A stretch of DNA of 64,000 nucleotides. It comes from Vitrella brassicaformis CCMP3155. Taxonomy: Eukaryota > Protista > Chromerida. Within the stretch, counting starts at the first letter, position 1. Each line of letters opens with the position of its first letter. Both the position numbers and the translations under genes were made by a program. Of the stretch, positions 1 to 11,711 are shown one piece after another. Location of the stretch: the NCBI GenBank assembly GCA_001179505.1, contig CDMY01000305.1, positions 434,001-498,000 on the forward strand, in the 5' to 3' direction. The notes under the pieces were generated by a model. That model had not been told where the DNA came from, did not search any database, and saw nothing but the letters and a program-made list of their open reading frames with translations.

Positions 1-3000
1 CATGGGGCGAGGCTGGACCGACTGACAGTGCAGGAGCGGCTGGACGACACGCGGGAGCAGCGTGTGCTGGAGAGGTTCAAGCGGGCGAATGCCGATTGGC
101 AGGGGCTGAGGGAACGGCTGGCGCAGAGGTCAGGGAGTGGGTGTTGTGTGTTGTATGAGTGGATGAGATGATTGAGCTGGATGAGCATCGATTGGACTGT
201 CTGTTGCCTCATTTCATGGACATGCAGGCTGAATGTTGGCATCGAGGACTTGGCCGTCTCCCGGGCGGAGGAATATCGGGAGAAAATCGAGGTGACAAGA
301 CGGAAACACATGCAGATCAGATCCACTTCACCACTCCTTCTTAGAATCACGACATCATGTCTCTCTCCATCTGTCCACCAGGTGCTCGAGTTGCTGGATG
401 AGTCCATCCCGGTGGCAGACAAAGGTTGGCAGGCGCCGACGACCACAAGAGGCAGGCTTCTATTCGTCGATCTTGATGTCTCTTGTCTGTGGGTGCAGGG
501 GGCTACAGCTGGTTCATGTCGCTGCGCAACAATGACTCACAGCTCATCAACGTGGGCAACCGCTTCTCGGGCCTCACGCTCGAGATCAAGAAGGAGTGGA
601 GCAAAGTCAAGGAGCTCATCAGAAAACCATGGCAAGCACACGTAAACGGTGTGAGACACAGAAGAGGCGTCTCGTTTTCTACAGGTTGACGGAGCTGCAC
701 ACATTGCGCAAGGCGTCCTCCCACCACCCGCCGCCGCTCACGCCCCTCTCCTACACGGCGGCCAAGTGGATTAACTTCGAGAAGACCGGCCGCACCTCGC
801 CAACTGATGCTGCCAGCTCCCACCATGGGATTGCGGGGCCAAAAGTGCAGATCAAGACGTGGAGGGAAAACAGATACCTCGTCGAGCGGTGCGGGCATTA
901 TTCGTGACGACAGATCAGACGGACCCTCCAGAGTCTGCTCGTGTGTGAGTGGATGCGTGCCGTGCAGGCTGGCCAAGTACGGCAGGAGGATGGAGAAGCT
1001 GTCTCCAGCAGCTGTGGCCGTCGATGACCACCTCACAGTAAGACTCTCCATGCACATACAAACATAAACAGACAGACGCACCTCTTTCTCCGCCTCTTCA
1101 CGTCTCAGCTGTATGGAGTGGGTCTGAACCCGATAGCAGAGGAGGGTGTCGGTGAGGGTGTGGGGAGTGAGTACCCGCAGAACGGCGAGGGCAGCCCCAT
1201 GACGCCATCACGCATGTCAAGACACTTCGAGGAAGAAATCGGTAAGCCGGCCGCCATCTCACCGACCGTTGGATCAGTGCTGCTGTGACTGATGTGCACA
1301 GAGCGTGGAGAGATCGCTCTTAAGACCTACAGGTAGGTCGCGGGCACAGCAGCTGTCTGTATGCGCCTGTCTATGGCGTTGTGCAGGCCAGGCGGGACAG
1401 TGCGCGGCAGCCTGAGCCAGCCAGAAGAGCTGGTAAAGGGGCCCAACATCCAGACATTCCCGCAAAAGGTCAGCGAGACACAGAGAGATGCACGCTCATA
1501 CGTGCCATCCATCCATCCATCCATCCATGTGTCTGCAGTTGTTGTTTGACACGCGGATCGGCAAGACGACCACCCAGACTGTTCGCCTGCGCAACACGGG
1601 CACATGTGTGCTCTTCTATGAGTGGATACTTCTCCCACACACGGTAGCTTTCTTCCAGAGCAACCATCCCTTCCCACATACACACACACACACACACAGG
1701 CATCCACCAATTGCACCGCATGAATGTCTGGCTGGCGGTGTCTTTCTCGCTGCTCTTAACGTACAGCGGTCGGTAGAGGTGGCGGATGGTGTGTTGCCAG
1801 CTCCTCCAGTGGAGCCACAGCGCTTCTTCTGTCACCACGTGAGCACCTGGCTTACACACATGAGTACGTCCCATTGCATGCCCTGTGTGTATTGGTTGCA
1901 GCCGAAAGGCTCTCTATTGCCTGGTTGTGACGTGGCGACCTACTTCGCCTTCCGATCAGAGCTGCCGGGCATGTTCCAGGAGACATACGTCCTCCGCACA
2001 AGGTATTGCATACACGCAGCATGATATGATGAATGGATAAGGCTTGTTTCTTTCTCATCCTCTTCAGCCCTGACGTCTTCTCGCCCCCAGACCCGTTGGA
2101 AGTCCGCGCAATCGCACACAAGGTCAGCAAAGTCATGCGTCAGTGAATGTATGACGATATGTGCGCATGTGTGTGTAGGCGGATGCCTTCGCGTCGGATC
2201 GCGAGGAGCTGGATCGTCGCGTGGCCCAACAGCAGCGCGTGCATGGTGTGGAGGAGGTGCTGGAGGACGTCCTCAGGCAGGCCAAGACACCGCCACCACC
2301 GCCACCAGACATGACGGATCGCACGTCAGCCCAGCCCTGTGCACACACGACACGACAGCACACACAAACATACACCACACCCAGACTTACTTAGCTTCCT
2401 CCCCTCATTGCCCTTGTCAGTGTGCAAGAGCGCGTGTTTGAGGAGAATGCATCTCCGCTGCCCCTGCACTACTCGCCGCCTCGTTATGACCAACTGTCAG
2501 CCATCTATGCCTCGACGGTCGCACAGCAACAGGAGGGGCAGGAGGCGATGATGGAGTGGAACGGGAAGGTTGGGTCGCTGTGGGATATTGTCGCGGAGAT
2601 AGCGGACGGTGAGGCCAAGAGGGCGTGCGAGGCTGCAGTCATGGACTCGCTCATTCAGGTGAGTCAGCGGGTCAACACACACGGCTGCCTCAGTTGGCGT
2701 GACCGACTTGTGATGCACATGATTTGCCCACTCAGTCGCTCAGTCGGCCATCCATGAAGGGTGCCTTCGCTGCGGAGCTGCCGGCTCTGCTGCAGGAGTG
2801 CATAGAGGACATACCGGCCACCATCAACGCCAAGAGGGAGGCGTTGGGTCTTGACGTGCTGCCCTTTATCGGCCCGCCACCAGATGAGCACGCAGACGAA
2901 GCCACACAACAGGAATACCAGGCACGCAATGTCAATCAAACACACCAACACAGACGCGATGACACAGACACGTGCATCTGCACATCAATCAGGACGCCCT

Positions 3001-5832
3001 CAATCGTTTTCTGGAGCTGCGCACACAGCAGCCGCCCACCACCGACAAGAAGAAGAAAGACACCAAAGACAAGAAAAAGGCAGAGGCAGTCGATGAGGCA
3101 CAGGACACCCAGTGGCTCACAGAGACCGTCGAAGCCACACTCGAGAGCATCAGCGAGGCGCTGGAGCAAGCTGACAATCGCTCCCGTATCCGTGCCTTTG
3201 AGCAGTCTTTGTCTCAGCACCGGCACGATCTCACTGATCGACTCAAGGTAAGCAAGCAGATACTTACAGAGCCTCACACACGTCTGAATCTCTCTGTCAT
3301 TTCAGCACTATCGTTGTCGGCTGTCGATTGACTCACCTGCATTGTCACTGCCCGGCAGTGTGGTGATGCTGCTGGTGGACCTCTCAGTGCCCTTCACCCA
3401 CACACAAGAGGCTGCGCAGTTCTTTGCTGCCAAGAAGGAGGGGAGGAGGGGCAAAGCAGAAGAGGAGAAAGACGTCGAGGCAGTGCTGGACGAAATCTCC
3501 GTCGAGTGAGCCGCCAGTGCCCATCCAGAAAAATAGCACATATGTGTCTCGTGTTGCAGCATCCTGAAGCGGCGACTGGCCATCCTTCCTGAGATGCTGG
3601 AGCAGGGCGTCCAGGCCGTCATCGTGGCAGCCCACCTGGGCCCCCCTCCCTCATTCACCCCCTCTACAAGCAACACAGACGACACAGAGGCGGCAGAGGG
3701 AGAGCACGATACAGAAGAGGAGGGCACCAAGCGAGATTGGTGGATGACCGGCGAGCGGCCTGTCAGCCCTGCGGGTGGCGACAGTGGTGTGTGGTCTCTC
3801 AAGCCATTCCTGGGTCTGGTGCAGGATGCGGTGGAGGGCAGCGCGGCGGTGTGTGAGTTTATCGAACACACCGAGTGGATGAGCGACGCGAACTACGCCG
3901 ACACACTGAGGTGAGTCACGGGTGGCATGCTACTACACAACAAACGGCAAAGCCACACATTTCTGCCTGTGTGTACTGACAGAGAGGAGCCGGAGGGCCG
4001 CGTGTATCTGCTCGAGAACCTGACCCACATCTACGAGCAGCACCCCCACTGGCAGAGCTCATCACCCGCACACTGCCGCCAGATCCCACTCGCGTACCGC
4101 CAGGCCTTCGGCCGCCACCTAGCCGCCCAGCTGCGGCCAGACTGCATAATCAACGACGACCTCTCCACCGCACACCAGTGCCTCACCGCCTCATGTCTCA
4201 CATGGGAGCCTTTCCACCATTTTCCTTTGCGTGTGATCGGCCCCTCTGTGAGGAGTGAGGTTGTGTCTATCGGAGAGATGGTGCTGGGCAACGTGCATCG
4301 GTGGCGTGAGAGGGAGGAGCCGCCGCCGCCCACTTGCCGAGTGGATTACCTCAGGCGATTTCTGCAGAGAGATGTTGGCGAGGTTGGCGAGCGAGTCCAG
4401 GAGGTATGTACATGAGCGTGTTCTGCGGCGGCCGGATCAGGTGTCGTGTGTGGACCCGTGTGTGCAGGTGATAGACGAGAATCAGGTGCGGAGGGAGAAA
4501 GAGATGGCGCACCAGTGTCTCCCGTTCCTCACCATCATCTCTGGACAACCAGACGCCAGCAGCCAGGAATCTTCCGCCACACACCTGGTGGGGCAGCTCA
4601 GGTCACTGCGGGACGCCCTCGACTTCTCGACGGCGATCTTCCTCTGCGGTGACATCGCCAAATGTGTGGCCCAACACGCATATGCTGTCGACTGGCCGTC
4701 AGCAGCACACGCAGACGCCAGCGAGGAAGACGCAGAGAAGGAAGACATCATCAAAAGGGCGGTTGTGGACCTCGCTCGGATGGCTGTCGATCGCAATGTG
4801 GAGCTCACCTTGCCGCAGGACGTCTCCTGCGAGTACACCGGCAAAGGGGAAGAAGGGGAAGGGGAGGAGTCGGCAGCTGAAGAGGACAAGGGCGAGCCCG
4901 CCGCTGAAGTGCCTGCCTACAAGGTTGGTGAAGTGCGCACATTTGCCGTCCCGCCACACTCACTGGAGGCCTCATCCGTACCAAGTGGCGAGGAGCAGCA
5001 AGCTGACGTCTTCGCGCTTGACGAAGACGCTGCTGCCCCCGCTGATGTCGAACAGCCACAGCAGGAGCAAGACAACACAGCTGAAGACAACAATCATGAA
5101 GAAGGGGAGACACAGCGGGAGGCACAAGAAGCCGCGCCGCCCTCTCTGCATCCCGTTGTTCCCGCACGTGATGAGTGGGTGTTCCGAGATGTGGGTCCGC
5201 TGACCGTGCAGATGCTGGCTGCCAAGATGCGCAAGTGCAGGGGAGTCATGTGGATGGGCGGGGGCCTCGGGGCGGACGACAAAGCCACCAAGAAGCTGAT
5301 ACGCTACATGGAGCAGCTCACTCACCCGTAAGCACATCTCCCTTTTCGTGGAGGTGGAGACACGGTCGTTTATCTCTATCTGTGTGTCGCTGCGTATTCG
5401 TTGTGCAGCGAGGAGGAGTTTGAGCTGTCTGAGGATGAAGAGGAGGAGGCCGAGGAAGAAGAGGCCGAAGAAGAACAGGAAGCGGAAGAAGAGAAAGAGG
5501 AAGGCGAGGAACAGGGCGAGGGCGAGGAAGACAGGCAACAGGATGCTCAACAAGTAAGCCACCCGCATATATCTATAGAGACACACCATCATCCTGCCAC
5601 TCTTCAGGCCGCCACGCAGGAGACAGGTGCGGCCCCCGCACAGCCAGAGGAGCCCGACGTGGACCTGCAGCTCTCGTGTGTCATCGGCAAATCCATCCTG
5701 GCCCATGCGGTCCGCTTCCTCCGCCGCAGCGACGGGCTGACAGTCATGTCGGCTGCAGCAGAGGGGAATCTTTTCGGGGCGCCAGCCGGAGAGTGGCTGC
5801 CCGCGTTTGTGGCCATGGATGGGAGACAGTAG
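1..5832 (+). CDS. MYCBPAP: MYCBP-associated protein (MYCBPAP/FAP147-like) fused in frame to a C-terminal degenerate phosphoglycerate kinase domain; multi-exon, 5' end outside window
   Basis: Spliced exons give EQRVLERFKRANADW, SRAEEYREKIE, LFDTRIGKTTTQTVRLRNTGTCVLFYEW, PKGSLLPG..FAFRSELPGMFQETYVLRT and MEWNGKVGSLWD, which match my recollection of the MYCBPAP Ig-like domain and helical region. Downstream exons give PGK-like motifs in the correct order (see next feature). Stop TAG at 5830-5832. Confidence 0.8.
3307..5832 (+). other. Pseudo-phosphoglycerate kinase domain inside the MYCBPAP gene
   Basis: Collinear motifs, with canonical PGK in brackets: SIDSPALSLPGSVVMLLVDLSVP (GKRVLxRVDFNVP); KRRLAILPEMLEQGVQAVIVAAHLGPP (RI..LxxG.K.VIL.SHLGRP); SLKP; GRVYLLENLTH (LLENLRF); DCIINDDLSTAHQ (DVYVNDAFGTAHR); FLTIISGQP (FLAILGGAK); AIFLCGDIA (IIGGGMA); VELTLPQDV (LPVDF); RDVGPLT (LDIGPxT); VMWMGG (IVWNGP); GEWLPAFVAM (GKxLPGVxAL). 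Confidence 0.85.
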
Positions 5833-5960
5833 TGTGTCTGTGTGAGTATGTGTGTCTCAGTGCGTGACTGTCTTTTCATTCAATAGCACCGTGGGCTAAA
5901 GCTCCCCGCATGCATCGCTTCCAAGAAGAAGAAGGCCAAGAACAAGGTCCGTTCATGCCG

Positions 5961-6819
5961 TCATGGGAGCATACTGTAAAAGCCGTGCCACAGACGGGAG
6001 TCGTCGTGGCGCTTCATCCACTCCTTGTGGCCTGGACACACACACACATCCGTACCGAATCCAACCCTAGGTTCGTTGTCATAAAAGGAACCTGGGAAAA
6101 GCGTGCAAGTGTAGAGTCCAGAGAGTGCGTAGTGGGCCAAGGAGTACCCGCAGCTATGGTTTTGTCTATCACTCGAGTGTAGGGAGCGACGCAGAATGTC
6201 CCCTCGCCCGACGTAGGGAGGAAAGACAGAAGTCCCGATCTCGTCGCCTGCGCGTTCATCTGCTGTGTCCCACAGTAGTTGCCTCTCTTGTTGCGCTCGA
6301 GCCCCTTCTGATAGTCCTCTGCCGTTCCAGGTTGCGATACACACGTTCCTTGGCCAACCTGCACGTGGGAACACGTATGCAGGCATTTTTTGACCACGGG
6401 CATCAGGACTTACCGGTTGGTCGCTGTTGTCGATAACGGTAACGACACAAACATCTCCGTCGGCCGCGCAGACATCCATGGAGCTGGCGCCCATGTGTGA
6501 GACGACAACTCCGCCGGCAGCTGCGTATTTCTCCTCATCGCCTGCCCCACCCTCCGTCTCCTGAGTCTCCTGAGGCTCTTCTCCAGTGGCCTCCTCTCTG
6601 AGTTCCTCGGCGAACCACACACGACAGGGCTGGCCGGGCTGCATCATCATGTTGCGGCCGGCGTCTGCAGACAGACCGACCGCCATCCCTGCATCAACTA
6701 TTCCAAAAAGCGCAGCAACCGTACGTAATATGCATACCATTGTTGTCGACCGACTGAGTCACGTGATGGGCGGCCGAAAGGGACAGCACGAGCAGCGGTA
6801 GCAAGAGGAAAGCCCTCAT
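5961..6819 (-). CDS. Hypothetical secreted protein with signal peptide and several Cys
   Basis: ATG at 6819 gives MRAFLLLPLLVLSLSAAHH. GT-AG introns in compatible phases join it to GMAVGLSADAGRN.. and VGQGTCVSQPGTAEDYQKG..GNYCG. The 3' exon structure is uncertain. Confidence 0.55.
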
Positions 6820-7125
6820 GATTGCAGTTTGGAAGCGAGACGCCCCCAGCCCCCAGGTCCCAAAGAAGTTTACAAGAGGCGGAGGGAGCCAGCACGGGCC
6901 AGGCAGGCAAGGAAGAAAGCGCTCAGCTACGCTCAGCCCGCAGCAAGATACTGTACGGGTGATGATGCGCTGTTGCAGGCTTTCGCACTCGAGGCCGGTA
7001 CAGCGAGATACTCGTGGATTTTCCACTGTTTCGGCTGTGGATCTCTGCTGTGCAGCGGTCACCCGTCAGCACAGATGTCATCTCCGCCTTAGCGTCAGCT
7101 TTCATCTATCCTCATCGCTCATTTG

Positions 7126-9346
7126 ATGGACCAGCACGACGCATTCTCACCCAAGACGGGCGCTGCTCACGCTTCAAAGGCATATGCGTCGCCGGCCGCC
7201 TACCCGGCCGCCACATCGCACTACGCCGCAGTAGGGAACGTGCGGCCCAGCTATTCCTACATGCACCCGGACCACCACGGGACCGCCGGCTCGTCGGCAG
7301 TGGGGAGGGGCGGGGCATTTGGGGATGGTGCGGCCCGTGCTGCTGGTGAGGGAGGCAGGGGCGTGATGCTCAAGGGGCTGCGCACCAACGAGGAAATAGC
7401 GCTCGTGTCGGGGCTGCTCATCATCCTGGCACTCGTGAGCGCATGGTGCAAGCGAAAGGCTGACACACACACGTGTACATGGCCTTTTGTGTGTGTGTGT
7501 GTGTGTGTGCGTGTTGTCTGTATGTCAGCTGGTGATTTGGAACGCATCTGCGTTGGAGCGGTCGTACAATTTCACCTTCTGGGTGGGTCAGGAGCTGCCC
7601 ATAACGATGCTGGTGCTGTTTACCATGTTCCTGGCCTTCTATATCGTCACCATGATCGTGAGTCCGACTGAAAGAATGGCGGGCAGTGCAGTGAGTGCAC
7701 ATGGGATGGATGGATGGAGGAAAGGGAGGGACGTGTGTGCTGTGCTGTGCTGTGTGCAGATAATCTTCAAGACGACCAATTTTCTGCATCGCAATGACCA
7801 CACCATGATGCTCGTGGCGGTGAGTATATAGAAGCTTACACAGAGGGCTCGTTCGTTTGCCGATGCTTCGCTAATTTGGGTGTGGTGCAGCTGGTGTTTG
7901 CTACGTTGTTCGGCCTGGTGCTCATATACACGAGCATGCCCATTGGCCGGCTGGTGAGTACAGTACTCGGCTGTACGTCTGTCTGCAGTGCGTGTGAATC
8001 TATGCTCTTTCGTGTGTGTGTGTGTGTGTGTGTGTTGCAGTCGATGGACACGTACAACAATCTGATGTTCCGCTGCGACTTCTCCGACCAAACCGTGGGC
8101 AGCTCACAATACATCACATACACACATACATCATGATGCACACAGCGACAGCGTTGATGCATTCCTCTTCCTCTGCTACTTCCATCTCTGCTCTGCTCGC
8201 ATCGCAGTCGAAGGTCCACCAGACATGGCAGGGTGAGCCACCAAGACACATAATTTACACGCTTGTTTGCGGCCATGTCTGCCTATCTGCGCCGCGTCAG
8301 TTCTCTACAATATCCGGAAGCAGCCCGAGTGCGGCCGCCAACACTCGATAGAAGACTGCACCGAACAAGGCAATCACACAAGAACATACAACCACACAAA
8401 CACATACACTGCCCTTCCTACCAGGTTTCGAGCAAACGGCCGAGACGGAGTTCCTCAAGCGCATTGAGGACGATTTCCGCCGCTCGGGCTTCTGCTGGCC
8501 GACCGAGAGCAAGACGGCCACACAGGTCGCCCAGGGCCTGGCGCCGTCAGAGACACTGCAGAGCGTCAGCGAGAAGGCCGCACAGCCCGCAGAGGGGACA
8601 CTCATGGTGCAGACCAACAGCACCATTGCCCGGGACAAGCGGCATCATGGCCACCATGTGCACAAGAAGAGACACGTCAAGGGGGGGAAGCGAGAGAGAG
8701 AGGGCGGGGGGGCAATAATTATTGCGGCAGACACGGCTGAGAGAACTCATGTGAGAGGAGAGGAGGGGCAGACGCCGACACCGCCAGCACACCGACACTG
8801 TTCTCCAAATCCAACTATAGGTGAGTGAACTTAGGCGCACAAGCATCCAATCCAGCCTGGGGGAAAACATGGCTTCATACATGTCAGGGCCCGTTGCGCT
8901 CCCATGCTTGCGCGAGACATGAAGGTCAGCCCCACCCACTAGTGCATGCAATTGACTGGCACCTGGCTGGGCTGCCCTCTCTGTGTGTTGGTCCAGGATT
9001 TCGCGGCCGACATTGCCTTCACGACCTTCCAGCTGGGGATATCCCTCATCGAAGCTGCCGTGCTCGCAGGTAAGCCGCCAAGACGCAAACACGCATTCAT
9101 GGAGGGCTGGATGGATGGTTACGTGAGGCTGACTGAAGGGGGGGTGTGCGTGTGTCAGGTTTTCTGAAGCTCATCGTTATATGTTGGAGGAAGGACAGTG
9201 GCCAGCCGGGAGAGGCGACGTACCTGACAAGTATGTCTGTGAGCCGAGAGCAGCCGAATCGCCATCCATACACAAACTGGTATTGTTCACTGTGTGCCTG
9301 TGTGGGTGTGTGCAGGCGCCTACTGAGAGAAGGCCAGCCTTGTTGA
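7126..9346 (+). CDS. Four-TM membrane protein with a Cys-containing large loop (tetraspanin-like topology)
   Basis: Three N-terminal hydrophobic helices (IALVSGLLIILALV; ITMLVLFTMFLAFYIV; LVFATLFGLVLIY). Loop reads RCDFSD..PEC..IEDC..GFCW..ARC. The fourth TM, IAFTTFQLGISLIEAAVLAGFLKLIVIC, comes from exons at about 8996-9069 and 9159-9218. Stop TGA ends at 9346. Confidence 0.65.
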
Positions 9347-9659
9347 TATGGTTCCTTCGACACGAATGAATGAATGAACCGTGTCAGTCAGCATCTAGAG
9401 AGTCGACTGATGGGCTTTGTTGCTGCGCTGCATGGTGGATGGGCGGGTGGGTGGATGGATGAACGGACGGACGAATCGCATGCCTTCAGTGGTATGGATA
9501 CACACATGTCACAAAGCACACTCGCACACGTGACGTACGGACAGACCGCCCTAGCCACACCAACACCACACACGACACGACGAGACGAGAGAAGGGAGGG
9601 TGTCTACTCGGCCAATCACCACCACACGTGTCAGCCTCACCCACCCCTGCTCATTCAGG

Positions 9660-11400
9660 TCAGGCTGGTCTGAACAGCTGTTCGACGTCAGCAGGTGTCT
9701 GTATGGTCGCCATGGTCGCCAGCGTGTCGTCCAGCTCCAGCATCACCTGCCGTTGACACGTGTACGAGATCGGACCTGCAAAGGGGAGTGGAGTAAGATC
9801 AGCTCAGCCGATGGCTGGTACGGTACATGGATGCATCATGTCCGTTCGGCCAACCCCACCCAGATTTCGGCCATTCTCGAAAGGGTCTTCGATCCACATA
9901 CCACAACCTGCACACATCACGTATGAGTCCACACAGGAAACTAACATGAATGACACAATCCATCCATCCGTCCTCCATCCAACTGGTCTCACCTCTGTCC
10001 CAGTCGGCTTTTTCTCCCCAGTTTCCCAGCCCATCGCGATGCTCGGCAGCAGTAGGCACCACGGAGTCACCAGCCGGATGGTAGGGCTCCCTCCTCTGCC
10101 GAGACGGCCGCTTGACAGAGATGCCGCTGTTCCGTCGACAGTACTGGTATTCGCACGAGTAGTAATGCATGAACTTGTAGAGCAGGGCCAGCAGCCCATC
10201 CCCGATGTCGCCCATCATCACCGCATCCTCATCCTGCAGCCCGAAGGCCCGCCTCCGCGCCTGCTCCTCGTCGGTGGACATGATCGCCCCGGGCTGGCAC
10301 AGGAGGTCTTGTGTCTGCATGAGGGCCAGCGAGCGATCGGCCTCCTCGTGAAGCCGCTCTCTCAGCCCAGATGCCGGCGTGAAGATGGCCGAGTTGGGGC
10401 GCCTCTCGCTGGGTTGCCAGAAGAAGACGTCCATCGGTGGCTCGTCCACGAACACCTTGGGGTAAGGCTTGAAACAGATGTTTTCGGGCGGCGCCTGCAG
10501 GATGGGGAGGATGCCCTCGTGCTGCATGAAGTGGATGACGAGCAGCAGCCACGCGTAGGGAGACGGCAGGCCGTCCCGTGTGTCGGTGAGGGAGCGACTC
10601 TTGGCCCACGTCTTGACTAACACGCCAAGGCCGGCCACACGGTGGTCGAACTCCGCATACGTCCTAAGGAAAGGAAAGGAAAGGAAAGGAAAGGAAAGGC
10701 AAGGCACACACGGCATCACAATTGACACGCTGCCTGTATGTTTTTGTTTGTGCAGCCCCACATTATCTCCCTCACCTCAGCATCCGACTGTTGTGCACAA
10801 CGCATTCTTTTCCAAACGAGATGTCCATGTGTGTGTGCGTCCCCAGACCCCACTGGCACCGCAGAATCGGCACCCTCGCCCCGCTCACAGCCTCGGTGTT
10901 GAAGCCCGTCCTCTCCATCGGCCCCCGCAGCCTGTCGATGGCCTCCAGTACACGAGTACGGAAGGAGGCCCGGCCGCCCAGACCCACATCATCCAGGGGC
11001 AGCACCAGATCCAGGTCAGACGAGCGAGTGGCGAAGCCTGCATATGAACATGCACATCAACATCAAAGGGGTGTTTTTGGCCCAGATGGCTGCCTTGCAT
11101 TGCATGTGTGTAATTTTGCACTGCCAGTGTGTACCGCACCTACCGCTCACAGCAGATCCATAGAGGAGCGGGGGGTAGCCGAAGGTCGCCTCGCACGCCT
11201 CACGAGCTGCCGCAGCACATAATATCACCGACACACTCACACGTATGTATATTGATGGTGTTCTCGACGTGTGGATCTGCCCGCCCACCTTTGCCATAGG
11301 CCGCCATGTGTCTGTTCATGTCGTCCTCAGTCGGCTTGTTGCGCCTCACAACCTTCCACAGCTGCGCCTCACACGCATCACGCGCATCAGATCTCGCCAT
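9660..11400 (-). CDS. Cid1/GLD2-family non-canonical terminal nucleotidyltransferase (TUTase / poly(A) polymerase fold)
   Basis: Spliced motifs LYGSAVSGFATRSSDLDLVL (GS plus DxD), ARVPIL, MDISF (third Asp), HNS, VKTWAK, LPSPYAWLLLVIHFMQ, LLYKFMHYY and WIEDPFENGRNLG. Ends QLFRPA with TGA at 9662-9660. Confidence 0.9.
10667..10700 (+). repeat. (AAAGG)n pentanucleotide microsatellite in an intron
   Basis: Direct reading aaggaaaggaaaggaaaggaaaggaaagg. It forms the pyrimidine tract of a minus-strand intron. Confidence 0.9.
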
Positions 11401-11711
11401 TCTCACAACCAATATCTGTGTGCAGCATCAATTTCTCTCCCGAGGTGCACTGGAGACCCGACGCGTCGCCCAGCCCCTCTGCGCCATTCCAGTGCGAGCT
11501 TTGACGACACGCGAGCTTTTCTTCCCTCTCTCTCTCTTTGACCGTTTTGACGTGACCCAAGGTTGGGGGTCTTGCCCTATGACAGACAGGCACCCGTCTT
11601 CTCGCCCCAACTCCCTCAGCATCAAGGGCGAGTTTTGTCCGCCTCGGTCAACAAGCATCCCTTTCCTGTGAAGGCTGTGGTGCAGTGAAGAAGAGTCAAG
11701 CAACTGCAGTG

